Notes under the pieces: generated by a model
Databases searched by the model: none
The model's input: only the letters and a program-made list of their open reading frames with translations
Told to the model about the DNA's origin: nothing
Position numbers and translations under genes: made by a program
NCBI GenBank assembly: GCA_965238005.1
Contig: OZ250165.1
Span: 3,872,001-3,936,000 of the forward strand
Direction: 5' to 3'
Origin: Longimicrobiales bacterium
Lineage (GTDB): Bacteria; Gemmatimonadota; Gemmatimonadetes; Longimicrobiales; Gaopeijiaceae
Length of the DNA: 64,000 nt
Part shown: positions 30,748-41,635 of the stretch, one piece after another
How positions within the stretch are numbered: the first letter of the stretch is position 1
Layout: every line of letters begins with the position of its first letter

Positions 30748-33198
30748 CTAGAACACCGGCTGATCCCGTTTCTTCAGGATGAACAGACCCTCCTGCACAC
30801 TCGTGACGATGACCGTGCCGCTCTCGAAGAACGGGTAGTTGCTCCAAGCGCCGCTGAAGCCCGGGCCCGTCTGATACGGCGACGTGTCGAAGGAGCCGAC
30901 CTCACGGGGGTTCTCGGGATCGGAGATGTCCAGAATGTGGAGCCCGTACCGGTAGTTCGCCTGATAGACGTGGCCGTCCTTCACGTACAAGTTGTGTGCG
31001 CTGGCGGTCATGGAGCCCATGAACTGCTTGGTCAGCACCGGGTCTTCCACGTCGCTCAGGTCCCAGATGAGGGTGCGGGTGGTCGGCACATTGCCTCGGA
31101 TCACATCGCTCTCGTCGTCCACGAAGAAGTAGCGGTGGTCCTCAGTCAGCCACCCCTGATGGATGTAGGCCGCGTTGGGGGACGTGGAGCGCGCCACCGC
31201 CACCGGATTGTCCTTGTCCGTGACGTCGGCGATGGCGAAGAAGCTCCCGTTCAGGTTCAGGCAGAGCTCCCGGCCCTGGTAGGCGGCGTCGGGCCCCTGG
31301 TAGATGACGCACTGGGAGTCGTGCGTGCCGCGCTCCTCCACGAAGCAGCCTGCGAACTCGGGATTACGGGGGTCCTGGATGTTGATCATGTGCAGCCCGC
31401 CACCGCACGTCTCGCCGCCGTCCCGGTTCCCCACGGTATAGGCGAAACCAGTCTCCTCGTTGATGATGATGTTGTGGGAGCTGTTGATGAGCGTGTAGTG
31501 CACGTCCGGCTCGAAGAGCTCCGGTGGGTCGGCCACGCTGCGCAGCCGGGTCAGGTCGAAGACCTGCATGCCGTGGGCGCCGGCGCCGTCGGCCACGATG
31601 AAGGCGTGGTCCTTGTAGGTCTTGATGTCGCGCCAAAGCTGTGAGGGTGGCGTGTCGTCGGGCTTTGGCAGGTCGCCGATGAGCACGGGGTTCACAGGGT
31701 CCGTGATGTCGATGAAGGAGGTGCCGTCGTTCCGGCCCACCAGGGCGTACTCGCGGCCGGTATCGGGGTCCGTCCAGCCCCAGTTGTCGTTGGTCCGCAC
31801 GCCGCGCGCGTTGGCCCCCGCCCGCAGGATCGAGTTCGGCACGAAGGCCAGGAGCTCCACGTCGTTGCAGTCGAATGGACCGACGGTGCCGTCGGTGCAC
31901 CTGCGCTCCTCGCCCACCAGCGATCTCAGGGCGTCGGGCGCGCTCACCAGCATGTCGCCGCCCTGCCAGTCGCCGGCCGCGTCACGCTCGTAGACGTAGA
32001 CGGCGCCGGACCGGTGGTGCATGCCCGTGGCCACGACGGCGGCCACGCCACCTCCCGCGAAGATCTTGTCGCCGAAGGCGTCCCTGGTAACCGTCTCCGT
32101 TAGGCGGATCCGGCGGGGGGCGTCGAGCCCGTACGTATCTTCCTGGCCGCGATATACGTACACCGTCCCCATGTCGTTCCCCCGGGGAGCCGGCGCGCCC
32201 ACCCAGACGTCGTTACCGTCGAGGGCTACGGCATCGCCGAAGCGATCGCCAGCGACGCTGCTGAACGCCGCGAGCCGCGACTGCTGGGACCATGCTCCCG
32301 TACCGGGGTCACGGCGGAAGAGGAAGGCGGCTCCGTGGCCCTCCCCACTGCCTGGAGAGCCGATCGCCGCAACGTCGCCCTGCATTGCGATGGAAATCCC
32401 GAAGTTGGCGCCCCGCTCGATTCTGGAATCGAGCATTCCGGTCTCTCGCCACTGGCCGTCCTCCAGGCGGAACTCGTAGACGCGGCCCGCGCCCTCGATC
32501 TTGTCGTCACCGGTGACGCTCCAATTCGGTGCGCCGATGAGCGCTCGCCCGTCCGCGAGGACGATGGTGGCGCCGAAGCGGTCACTCTCCACGCCGTCGG
32601 CAGGCCGTAGGCTCCCCCGCTGGGTCCAGGTACCATCTGCGCCCTTTTGAAACGCATGGACGACGCCGGGCGGAATTTCGGGCAGGGGCTCCGCGGGGGT
32701 ACCTGGGCGACGCCGTCGAGGTGTGGGAATCGTGCCCGGCTCGCCCACCAGCAGCCAGTCGCCATGCGTGGCAAGCTCGATTCCGAACTCGGTGCCGCAG
32801 TACCCGTACTCGTTGCACCCCGGATCCGTGCCGTTCACGCCGTCCCCGGAGACGGTGCCGGTGTGGCGCCAGCGCTGGCCGTCCCTCTCATAGGTGTGGA
32901 GCGGGCCACCCCGCTGACCCACGATGAGCGTGTTCCCGGTGGCGGCCAGGACGGTACCGAAGCCGTCGGCCCGCTCCGTGTCGGGCGCGTGGATCTGCGC
33001 CGCCTCCTGCCAGTCATCGCCCACCTTGCGGTATACGTAGACGGCGCCCGCCCGGAAGTTGGTGTTGGGCTCTGCGATAATCAGCTCGTCATCGCCGACG
33101 ACGATGGCATGCCCAAACGAGCCCGACTGGGCGAGGGTGGGCACTCCCGCCACCGCGAGCAGAGCCAGGGACATCAGAAGTGGGCGCAGTGAACGCAT
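30748..33198 (-). CDS. Choice-of-anchor B family secreted protein with FG-GAP repeats
   Basis: FG-GAP repeats, then NDNWGWTDP..GREYAL, WRDIKTY, HQGWLTED, GAWSNYPFF. Confidence 0.9.
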   Translation of the reverse strand: MRSLRPLLMSLALLAVAGVPTLAQSGSFGHAIVVGDDELIIAEPNTNFRAGAVYVYRKVGDDWQEAAQIHAPDTERADGFGTVLAATGNTLIVGQRGGPLHTYERDGQRWRHTGTVSGDGVNGTDPGCNEYGYCGTEFGIELATHGDWLLVGEPGTIPTPRRRRPGTPAEPLPEIPPGVVHAFQKGADGTWTQRGSLRPADGVESDRFGATIVLADGRALIGAPNWSVTGDDKIEGAGRVYEFRLEDGQWRETGMLDSRIERGANFGISIAMQGDVAAIGSPGSGEGHGAAFLFRRDPGTGAWSQQSRLAAFSSVAGDRFGDAVALDGNDVWVGAPAPRGNDMGTVYVYRGQEDTYGLDAPRRIRLTETVTRDAFGDKIFAGGGVAAVVATGMHHRSGAVYVYERDAAGDWQGGDMLVSAPDALRSLVGEERRCTDGTVGPFDCNDVELLAFVPNSILRAGANARGVRTNDNWGWTDPDTGREYALVGRNDGTSFIDITDPVNPVLIGDLPKPDDTPPSQLWRDIKTYKDHAFIVADGAGAHGMQVFDLTRLRSVADPPELFEPDVHYTLINSSHNIIINEETGFAYTVGNRDGGETCGGGLHMINIQDPRNPEFAGCFVEERGTHDSQCVIYQGPDAAYQGRELCLNLNGSFFAIADVTDKDNPVAVARSTSPNAAYIHQGWLTEDHRYFFVDDESDVIRGNVPTTRTLIWDLSDVEDPVLTKQFMGSMTASAHNLYVKDGHVYQANYRYGLHILDISDPENPREVGSFDTSPYQTGPGFSGAWSNYPFFESGTVIVTSVQEGLFILKKRDQPVF

Positions 33199-33509
33199 GG
33201 TACCTCCAGGATGGCAAACGTGATGTCGACGGCTTACGGGTGGAGACCTACGTCCCCGCCGAGCATCGGTCGATGCGCAAGGTACGGTTGCGTGCCGAAG
33301 ACGGCTAGAACGGCCACTCACGATTTCCGCATCGTGGGGCGAAGGCGCTCAACCACCTCCGACGTGTAGACCGTGCGGAACTCGGCGACGGCTCCCGTGA
33401 GCAGCTTGGCGTTCTGCAGCGCCTGCGTTCTCACGAGCTGGGTCTGGAGTCCCTGGACATGTGCCACGGTGACGGCAATCGCCGCCAGGAAGAGGGGCGC
33501 CGCTCATGA

Positions 33510-33944
33510 TCAGCCACCCGCCTCAGGGAATCGCACCCCGTACTCGGCGCCGATCTCGACGTACCTCTCCGGATCTGCGGCCATCTGAGAGAACATCTTC
33601 TCGATCCCGGCCGGCGCGAACAGAATCAGCATGCGTACGATCTGCTCGGTGCGGTTCTTGAAGTTGTGAACTGCCCCGCGTGGGACATTCAGGAAGGTGC
33701 CAGGGCCGGCCTCGACCTCTTCACCGTCCACCCAGAACGTTACGGTCCCCTCAACGATGAAGAAGCCCTCGTCTTCCCGGGTCTGGACATGCGGCGGCGG
33801 ACCCGCGTCAGGTGGCACAACCGCCTCCATCATGAAGTAGCTGCCGGACGTGTCGCGCCCGGTAGCCAGGTACCGGTACTCGTCTCCCGCGCCCCGAGTG
33901 GTCGTCGCCTGGTCGCCTGGACGTACGACCTTGGCGGTGCTCAC
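33510..33944 (-). CDS. Cupin-domain protein (quercetinase-like)
   Basis: GPPPHVQTREDEGF, VPRGAVHNF. Confidence 0.85.
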   Translation of the reverse strand: MSTAKVVRPGDQATTTRGAGDEYRYLATGRDTSGSYFMMEAVVPPDAGPPPHVQTREDEGFFIVEGTVTFWVDGEEVEAGPGTFLNVPRGAVHNFKNRTEQIVRMLILFAPAGIEKMFSQMAADPERYVEIGAEYGVRFPEAGG

Positions 33945-34032
33945 GCCCCCACCTGTGCAGTTCCGCATTGGGCGTCAGCCCAAGCTTCGGAGCGCCTCCA
34001 CGGACCGGACGGCATCGTGTCCTCCTTTCTAG

Positions 34033-34383
34033 AGGCCTGTTGAAGAAGTGGGGCGAGCCGCGTTAGGAGCGCCGACAAGCGCTAGCGCGCTTGTTACCGG
34101 CCAGATCCTAGGCGGTGCCCCGAAGGCATAGCAATAGCTACGTCGAGGGGCGCCAACAACGGAGATGGCCCCGTGCCGCCCTAACCCGAAGGGCGAAGGG
34201 GGGTTGCGGGCCCATAGCGCGTCTCTCTTCCTCGCCGTAGCCATGCTACGCCTCGTCATCGTTCGTTCTTCGCCTTCGGCTCAGGTGTCGCGGGTCCGCG
34301 ACGTTCTCTGGTCACCGCAAGACCGGGGTACCCGCGCCGAAGGCGTGGGTCGCGCGGCCGCACCCCACTTCTTCAACAGGCCT
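34033..34383. mobile_element. Non-autonomous MITE-like element
   Basis: Perfect 21-bp terminal IRs AGGCCTGTTGAAGAAGTGGGG, flanks CTAG/CGAG, no transposase inside. Confidence 0.75.
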
Positions 34384-34415
34384 CGAGACATGCCAATAGT
34401 TGGCATGCCGACTCT

Positions 34416-35099
34416 TTGGGGAAAGGGCGCCTATTCGAGCAGTCGCTCGCGCACCGCGATCGCTTGCAATTTGCGGGGGCGGGCCTAGCACGCCCGGATC
34501 TCGCATTCGGTGTCGTTTTCTTCGGTAGCCGGCTACCACATCGCCCGAGTATCCGCCAAGCCATCCGCTTCATCGTCCCCTCCCGTGTCGTCTTGTTGAA
34601 TGGACCAGGTCGTTCGCTAGGCGCCACATGGTCCTTCCGGATAGCGCCCTCACGTCCACACCTCGACGTTACCGCGGTCGCCGGGTCGGCCTGCGCGGTC
34701 CTTTCGCTGAGTGGAGCCGGGGTGGTCAAGGCCTTGCGGGGCTCGCCAGCCACGTTCACAACCCTACTGGCCAGTTATGATCGCGACCTGGCGATCGCCC
34801 GTCGCATCGCCGGCTCCTCCGGCTCTTCATCGAGAGCTCGCATTGCCGATGTTCTCCTCGACCTGGCGTATCGCCTCGGCGACGACGACGGCCGTCGGAT
34901 CCGACTCGAGCACTGGTTCACTCACCAGGAGATTGCCGAGCTTGCCGGAGTACACCGCTCGACGGTGACGACGGCCCTGAATAGCTGGATCTACGAGGGT
35001 GTTCTGGTGCAACGGCCCCGGGCACTCATCGCTGCCAAGCGGGGAGCCCTACGCAAAGTGGGAACGGAGGCATCCAGAAAGCGCGCATCCAAGACCTGA
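34416..35099 (+). CDS. Crp/Fnr-family regulator, N-terminus degenerate or uncertain
   Basis: C-terminal HTH FTHQEIAELAGVHRSTVTTALN; RARIADVLLDLA. Confidence 0.65.
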   Translation: MGKGRLFEQSLAHRDRLQFAGAGLARPDLAFGVVFFGSRLPHRPSIRQAIRFIVPSRVVLLNGPGRSLGATWSFRIAPSRPHLDVTAVAGSACAVLSLSGAGVVKALRGSPATFTTLLASYDRDLAIARRIAGSSGSSSRARIADVLLDLAYRLGDDDGRRIRLEHWFTHQEIAELAGVHRSTVTTALNSWIYEGVLVQRPRALIAAKRGALRKVGTEASRKRASKT

Positions 35100-35122
35100 C
35101 TCTCACGAGCCGATCGAGCGGG

Positions 35123-35419
35123 ATGTGTGCGAGCGCGCCGCTGTCAGCCCGCGAGCAGGAGTATCTTCGGGCGATGGCAGAGCTTGGGGCGGGCCCACAC
35201 CGGTCAGGTGACATCGCGGCAACTCTTGGGGTCCCTGTTACCACGGCAGCGCCCATCCGGACGGGCCTAATTCGTAAGGGGATGGTCTGGAGTCCAGCGC
35301 ATGGAGACACCGCCTTCACGGTTCCGATGTTCCATGAGTACCTACTACGGGCAATGCCGAACTGGACATCACAAGACGGGGATGACGAGCCCGCGGTGAA
35401 CTGTGCCGCTGCCGCATAA
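35123..35419 (+). pseudogene. C-terminal winged-helix fragment of an ATP-binding protein
   Basis: LSAREQEYLRAMAELG...LIRKGMVWSP.HG..AFTVPMF; no P-loop upstream. Confidence 0.6.
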
Positions 35420-35764
35420 CAAGGAATTGTAGCTGTCGCGGTGAACATCAGGGTCGCGTGCCGCGTTGCGCGAGGCGGATAGCCGCTTCACGCCCTTGCT
35501 TGTTCGGTCGAAGCCATGGCATGATATCCGCGGGTTCCCGGCTCTCCAGAGGAGTGATACTCCGTTGGACGTTTTCCGACACAGAGTCATGACAGAGGGA
35601 GGTTAGAAATGAGCTGTCTCTTCTGTGGGCAGATGGCGGTGGCGGTTTGTTCACACTGCAGCGTTGCTCTCTGCAGGGAGCACTTGGCGGAGAGAAAACG
35701 GCATCAGATAGGAGGGATGACCTATGGGTGTCCGCACACGGTCCCATCAACCCGTCCTCAGAGC

Positions 35765-35847
35765 GAATGAGTAGTCATTCCAGCCAAGACATGAACGGTC
35801 GTCACCTCTGCAATTCTCAGTAGTCGTCACGCCTGCAATTCTCAGTA
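35765..35847 (+). promoter_or_regulatory. Palindrome plus 25-bp tandem repeat upstream of the dpsL-like gene
   Basis: GAATGA-GTAG-TCATTC (35765-35780); GTCGTCAC(CT/GC)CTGCAATTCTCAGTA twice (35798-35822, 35823-35847). Confidence 0.65.
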
Positions 35848-35859
35848 AAGGAGAGGCAA

Positions 35860-36498
35860 ATGGGTAAGGTTGCACGACAGATGGTCGAGGAAGCCGGGCT
35901 CAACGTCGATGAGCTGCTAGATAAGCTCGTTGCCGCCGCTAGTGCTGAATTCACAACGTTTTACTACTACACGATCTTACGCGTGAATTCGATCGGCCAC
36001 GAGGGAGAAGGCATGAAGGAGATCATCGAGGACGCCCGTATTGAGGACCGAAACCACTTTGAGGCGCTCGTACCCCGGATCTACGAGCTCGGGGGCAAGC
36101 TTCCAGACGACATCCGGACCTTCGCCGATCGCGCTGGCTGTCCGGATGCCTATCTCCCCGACACCCTTGGAGGTGTGCCCACCGAACGGCACGGCTCTGG
36201 CGAGACGGCTTTTGGTGCCTACCCGGGTGCCCAGGCCACCGCTATTCAAGACCTGCTCACAGTGTTAGTGGAGGCGGAGCGCTGCGCCGTCCGCACGTAC
36301 ACTGATCTCTGCAACTACACCTTCGGCAAGGACCACCGGACATATGCGCTTTGCCTCGCAATCCTGCATGAGGAGATTGAGCATGAGGGCTGGTTCGGTG
36401 AGTTCCTCAACGAAGGCCCTTCTGGTCACTTCCGACGGGGCGCGCCGGGGGAGTCACCGTACGTGCGTACCTTCATGACCGCCGACGTTGGGAAGTAG
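35860..36498 (+). CDS. Dps-like (DpsL/thioferritin-type) ferritin-superfamily protein
   Basis: AEFTTFYYYTILR, EDRNHFE, GCPDAYLP, EAERCAV, GKDHRTY, HEEIEHE; strong RBS. Confidence 0.9.
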   Translation: MGKVARQMVEEAGLNVDELLDKLVAAASAEFTTFYYYTILRVNSIGHEGEGMKEIIEDARIEDRNHFEALVPRIYELGGKLPDDIRTFADRAGCPDAYLPDTLGGVPTERHGSGETAFGAYPGAQATAIQDLLTVLVEAERCAVRTYTDLCNYTFGKDHRTYALCLAILHEEIEHEGWFGEFLNEGPSGHFRRGAPGESPYVRTFMTADVGK

Positions 36499-36585
36499 TC
36501 GTAGGGGGATGGTGTCGAAAGGGACGTGAGTCTGATTAAGCGCCCTCGATAGCCTCCTCGTCCCTCCTCCGTCCGGAGCGCAGTT

Positions 36586-36960
36586 GTGGAGCACTCACCG
36601 GGTGACAGGTATCTAAACGTGCTTGCGTCCGGAGACTTGACGCCAGGCCAAATGCGGGAAGTCTTGGCGGGCACTCATCGCGTTGTCGTTGGACGCCTCT
36701 ACGACGGTACGGTGGTTGCCTTCGCGTCTCGCTGTCCGCACGAGGCGGCTCCACTGGTCCAGGGCACTATCCGTGGTGGTTCCATCGACTGTGCTCGGCA
36801 TCATTACATGTTCGATGTGTGCACCGGGGAGAACACCTTTCCGCTACCTATCTACCCAGGCTGGAAGCGTGCTCAGGTCGGTGACCTGAGACTGCCCATC
36901 TTTCCGGTCATCGAGCGAGATGGCTGGATTGCTGTCGAACCTAGGTGTACGCCGAGTTAG
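36586..36960 (+). CDS. Rieske [2Fe-2S] ferredoxin
   Basis: RCPHE and DCARHHYMFD boxes. Confidence 0.85.
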   Translation: MEHSPGDRYLNVLASGDLTPGQMREVLAGTHRVVVGRLYDGTVVAFASRCPHEAAPLVQGTIRGGSIDCARHHYMFDVCTGENTFPLPIYPGWKRAQVGDLRLPIFPVIERDGWIAVEPRCTPS

Positions 36961-37175
36961 TGAGGCCGTCTCCCCGCTCATCCTCGTCACCAACTTCTTC
37001 GAGGAATTGAAGGAGCGGGTGGGGAATTGACCCGTCAGATCCCCTGGCTTCGCGTCTTCGTGGAAGGCGTGGTGATCGTCGGCAAACCCGCTCCGCGACA
37101 ACTTGTTCTTCGAGCCCCCGTGTGCATAAGGTCGGCATACGACGACACAAGGATATTCAGCGTAGAGACTCCATC

Positions 37176-37495
37176 ATGAGCGCATCCTCGACTTGGCGGC
37201 TCTTCAGGCGGACGGTGCTCGTCGCTCTGCTTGCCGGCACCTCCTCGTGCGCGGCACCGCCGATGCGGCTTCCGCTCGCGGTGCCGCTCGCGGCAGTCGG
37301 TGGAAGTCGGTCGGCAACCCCGCAAGGCTTGTGGGCGTTGGCCGAATTCGGGGACGGCGTGTGGGGGCAGGAGCAGGAGCGAGTCGAGGTTTACGGCGTT
37401 GGCGTCGGCTTCGCCATGCGGGACCGGTTCGAGTTCAACGTCTCGGGCTACCAGCCCACCGTGATGCAGACGATCACGCAAAGCCCGTGGGAGTC
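37176..37495 (+). pseudogene. Lipoprotein-like gene truncated by an IS3 end
   Basis: Signal peptide and TSSC; ORF runs into the IS inverted repeat at 37496. Confidence 0.45.
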
Positions 37496-38480
37496 TGGGC
37501 CTACCCCGGTTCGGTGGACAGGTGAACGCTTGTGTGTTTTCTCTCTCTTCAAAGGCCGATGGAGTCAGAGGCTTCCGCAGCGCCAGCGGCGCTGGGGAGT
37601 AGAAGCAAGCCGGGCTCCGCGGAGGTTGTCGTAGGGCCGATGTCCTGGGGAGCCCAGGTGTTCTCGGCCGCGCGCTCGCGGTTGTTTTCGAAGTTGATGG
37701 GCGACTCGTACCCGAGGGCTGAGTGGCGCCGATGCGGGTTGTACCAGCCCTCGATGTAGCGGAATAGCTCCATCCTCGCCTCGGCCGGAGTCCGGAACGT
37801 ACGGCGGTCGATGAGCTCACATTCGAGGCTCGCGAAAAACGATTCGCACATCGCATTGTCGAGGGCGTCTCCGACTGAGCCCATCGAGGGCCGGACACCC
37901 ACCTCATCGCACCGACGTCCGAAGGCTACCGACGTGTACTGGCTCCCCTGGTCGGAGTGGTGGATGACCGCCTCGGGCTTCCTCTGCCACAGGGCCATGT
38001 TGAGCGCCTCGAGCACGAGCTCGGTTCTCAGGTGCGTCGCCATCGCCCAGCCCACGATCCGCCGGCTCCACACGTCCAACACCACGGCCAGGTACAGGAA
38101 GCCCGCCCACGTCCCGACGTACGTGATGTCCGCGACCCAGAGCTGGTCAGGACCGCTCGCCGTGAAGTCTCGATCCACCAGGTCCGGTGCCGGTCGCCGA
38201 TCCTTGCCTCGTACCGTCGTCTTCGCCCCACGTCGTCGACTCACGCCCTGAATCTCCGCCTCCCTCATCACGCGAGCCACCCGATTCTCGCTCGCCGCGG
38301 GGCCTCGCGCCTTCAGCTCCTCCGTCATCCTCGGAGCTCCGTACGTCCCGTCGCTCTCGGCGTGGATCTCATGGATCTCCTCAAGCAACGCAGCATTCGC
38401 CTTCTCACACTCCGAAGGCTCACGCTCGAGCCACGCATAGTATCCGCTGGTGGAGACGCCCAGCACCCGACAGGTGGTCG
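37496..38480 (-). mobile_element. Truncated IS3-family element (orfB and one IR only)
   Basis: IR TGGGCCTACCCCGGTTCGGTGGACA; WVADITY, HHSDQGSQY, DNAMCESFF; orfA and the other IR missing. Confidence 0.9.
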
Positions 38481-38586
38481 TTACTGAAGATTCTTGTCGG
38501 GTGATCACCGGATCATGAATTCATCCGGTGGTCACCTGCACCTTGTCCTGCCTTCTGCTTGGATGAGAGCCCAGCACCCGAACCGC

Positions 38587-40134
38587 TCAATAGGAAATGA
38601 ACCCAACCTTCCGCACATTCCCATCCCTATCAACCGAATATCCATCGGGCTCACCATCCTCCCAGGTCAGATCCGGCAACATACCCTCGAGCACCTGCCG
38701 GTGATCCTGGATGATCTCCTTGTTCACCTTCTTGTATGCCACGTTGTCCCACTCGTTTGGATCGTTATCGTGATCGTAGAGTTCCTCCAGATTGATATCA
38801 GGATAATAGATGTAGCGGTACCGTTTACTTCTCACGGTATGCCCGATGACCGGTTCATCGGTCCAACTGAACTGATAGCTGGTCACTACCGGTGGAGTTG
38901 TTCTTTCCGGATCCTCGAGTTGAGGTACCAGGCTTCTTCCATCCAGGTGTGAAGGCAGATCATATCCAGCGAGGTCAACCAGGGTTGGATAGAGATCCAT
39001 CAAGCTCACCGGCTGGTCGCTTTTCGCTCCAGTCTGGGTCATCCCGGGAGCTGAAATGATCAGCGGTACCCGAGTCGATCTTTCCCAAAGAGTGAATTTC
39101 TCGATATTTTCCTTTTCACCCATATGCATGCCGTGGTCAGACCACAACACCAAGATGGTGTTGTGGGCATGCTCCGAATGCTCAAAGGCATCCAACAATC
39201 TACCCAGTATGGCGTCGGTAAACGTTATCGACGCAGCGTATGCTTGGACCACTTTGTCCCATTGCTGGTTATCCACCACCCACTGGTGGATCCAGCGGCG
39301 ACCATGGTCAAAGGCGTCCTCGAGATCATCCTCTTTGATCTCGGGCAGTACGATGTCCTCCAAGGGATACATGTCGAAATACTTCTGCGGCACCTCCCAG
39401 GGGTCATGCGGTTTCCAGGTTCCCACCGCCAAGAAAAAAGGTTGGTCGTGTTCTTGGCTGAGCTGGTAACGGGCCCAGTCGACGACATGATAGTCAGCCA
39501 TTTTTTCGTCCTGGACCGCCACCGGACCCCAGGTCCACCAGCCGTCTTCTCCACCGGGCCGGGTCGTGTTGTCCACCTCGGGCGGGTAAATCACCTCCTT
39601 GGGAGCCCGGATCTGGTAGGGGTGGGAGATGTAGGAACTCGGGTAATAAAAGTCCCAGTTGGCCGGTTCGACCTGGCTGGTGGGTGCCCATGGTGGGGCC
39701 TGGCTGTGATAGATCTTCCCAGCTCCCAAGGTCTTGTAACCACGGTTTTTGAAAAACTGCTCGAGGGTTTCCACCTCCCTCAGAGCCTCGAATTCCCGCC
39801 ACCTGGGTCCGTCTCCCCAGAAGACGTTCTCCGCCCCTGACCTGGCGTGATGGACTCCGCTGAGAATGGCAGCCCTGGTGGGGGCACAGGCCGGGGCCGG
39901 GGTGTGAGCGTTGGTGAAGACCATGGAGGACGCTGCAAGGCGATCCAGGTTGGGGGTATGGATCGTCATGCCCGGATGACCCTTCATAAACCCAACCCAG
40001 TCGTTCAAGTCGTCCACTGCGATAAATAGGATGTTGGGCTTCGACTCAGTACTTGGGTTCTGAGCGTTTCCGAGGTGGGTATCTACAAGGACCAGGCCAG
40101 CCAGCACGAATAATTTGAGAATACGGAACGTCAT
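38587..40134 (-). CDS. Secreted S1 sulfatase (iduronate/choline sulfatase-like)
   Basis: PNILFIAVDDL, CAPTRAAILSG, GKIYH, KPHDPW, WSDHG; visibly lower GC. Confidence 0.93.
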   Translation of the reverse strand: MTFRILKLFVLAGLVLVDTHLGNAQNPSTESKPNILFIAVDDLNDWVGFMKGHPGMTIHTPNLDRLAASSMVFTNAHTPAPACAPTRAAILSGVHHARSGAENVFWGDGPRWREFEALREVETLEQFFKNRGYKTLGAGKIYHSQAPPWAPTSQVEPANWDFYYPSSYISHPYQIRAPKEVIYPPEVDNTTRPGGEDGWWTWGPVAVQDEKMADYHVVDWARYQLSQEHDQPFFLAVGTWKPHDPWEVPQKYFDMYPLEDIVLPEIKEDDLEDAFDHGRRWIHQWVVDNQQWDKVVQAYAASITFTDAILGRLLDAFEHSEHAHNTILVLWSDHGMHMGEKENIEKFTLWERSTRVPLIISAPGMTQTGAKSDQPVSLMDLYPTLVDLAGYDLPSHLDGRSLVPQLEDPERTTPPVVTSYQFSWTDEPVIGHTVRSKRYRYIYYPDINLEELYDHDNDPNEWDNVAYKKVNKEIIQDHRQVLEGMLPDLTWEDGEPDGYSVDRDGNVRKVGFISY

Positions 40135-40696
40135 TGGTTTGAGCTCATCGCGCGCGACGGCTGAGCGCCTACTGGCCGCCGAGTCCCAGGAGGTCGTCCA
40201 TCCGGTACGATGCACATGAGCCGGTTGAGATGCAAGCCGAACTCTACTCCACCCTCACCCTCTTCACAGTCTCACTAGAGAGAGGCAAAGGCCACCCCCC
40301 AGGGCTCATCCGTCCCCACCTCGAACTCCTCATGCACCCACATCATTGCGAGAAACCAATCATGGGCCTCACGAGCAGTGCGGATGCCGTAGGATGGGGA
40401 GAGTCTGAACGAGACGCATGTGGGCTCTATGCAGTTGTCCGGATACTCGCAGTGGATGGTGATACAAGGAGTGGGAGCCGATTGCTGGACTGAGCCAAAC
40501 CCGAAGCTGCTTCGAGGAAGCTATGCCCATGCGCTCAAGCTATGGGTGATGCTGAGGTTGGGCGATGGCTGGATGGGACTACGACTCAGCGCCCGCGGCT
40601 TGAACCAAGGCGTGAGACCCTATGTTGACCGGCCTGGTCCTCCCCTGATGCAATCGCGACCCGTCAAGGGGCTTTTGTCTTGCCTATCCTTACAGC

Positions 40697-41137
40697 CTAG
40701 TTTGGCTGTGCATCGACCACCACCGACGCCGTCCCAGACTCCCTGACGGTGATGGAATCAGGAAAGGTAGTAACTACACCAAAGAACGTTGCCGTGATCG
40801 TCGCACTCCCCACCTCCACGCCCGTGACCAGACCTCCCCAGCCTCCCTCTGCTGTCCCGACGCTCACTGTAGCTACCAAGTCGTCGCTTGATGACCAGGT
40901 GACCGTTTGGTTGAAAATGCTGCCGGGCACACCCTGCACCGTCGCGAGCAGCTCTACCGTCTGGCCCACCATTATCGTGTCGCTCGACGGGCTTACCTCC
41001 ACGGTCACCCCCACCAAAGGCACAGACTCAGACTCAGACTCAGGCTCAGGCTCAGGCTCTGTTGTGCCCCCTCCACAGGAGAACAGTCCTAGCGCAAACA
41101 CCACAGCCGCAACACGCGGCAACACGGAACGTCTCAT
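40697..41137 (-). CDS. Ig-like (Big_2) domain lipoprotein
   Basis: Lipobox LFSC; VTWSSSDDLVATVS..GLVTGV..GSATITAT. Confidence 0.8.
   Translation of the reverse strand: MRRSVLPRVAAVVFALGLFSCGGGTTEPEPEPESESESVPLVGVTVEVSPSSDTIMVGQTVELLATVQGVPGSIFNQTVTWSSSDDLVATVSVGTAEGGWGGLVTGVEVGSATITATFFGVVTTFPDSITVRESGTASVVVDAQPN
41022..41058. repeat. Hexamer tandem repeat CAG(A/G)CT x6 encoding EPEPEPESESES
   Basis: cagactcagactcagactcaggctcaggctcaggct. Confidence 0.8.
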
Positions 41138-41635
41138 TGACTTGGTCCCAGTTGCGGTGCCAACTGCTGTGTTGGTGCACCCCCTCCCTGGCCCTGGGGA
41201 TGAGGCCCCCGGATGGCAGGGAGATTTGGTAACAGCGACAGCTTGGACGCCGCTTCGATGGCTCCGGCAGTCAGGCCGCGCACCCAGCCCTCGTGATCGA
41301 TTCCTTGGGTCGTCCGGAAACGCACCCGATCATCGATCCGGATTGGGACCGCCTCCTGCGCGCGTGGTGGCGTACCATAGGCCAGGAAGAGCATCCCCAG
41401 ATGAACTGCTTTACGCATGGTCACGTCCGACAGCCTTCTTCTTTACGTACCCTCAACATCCGAGAGCAGTCCAGTATGCGCAAGCAGAAGCCCGTCAGAC
41501 GCTTGCAAATGCGATCTGAGCGTCTTCGGGCTTTATTCCGTATCCTGGGTAGGCTGGAGCGTTCGCGATTCTGCTGCTCGACCAAGATGTCGGCCGCAAG
41601 CGAAGCGCGCACCTGCCGGCCTACTGCCACAGCCG

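Noticed and set aside
35798..35847. Possible CRISPR mini-array
   Set aside because: Two adjacent repeats with no spacer; no cas genes or arrays seen in the window.
40230..40690. Short ORFs between the sulfatase and Ig-like gene
   Set aside because: No frame gives a recognisable protein; probably decayed DNA.
41022..41058. Hexamer repeat as a phase-variation switch
   Set aside because: A 6-nt unit keeps the frame; it only encodes a flexible linker.
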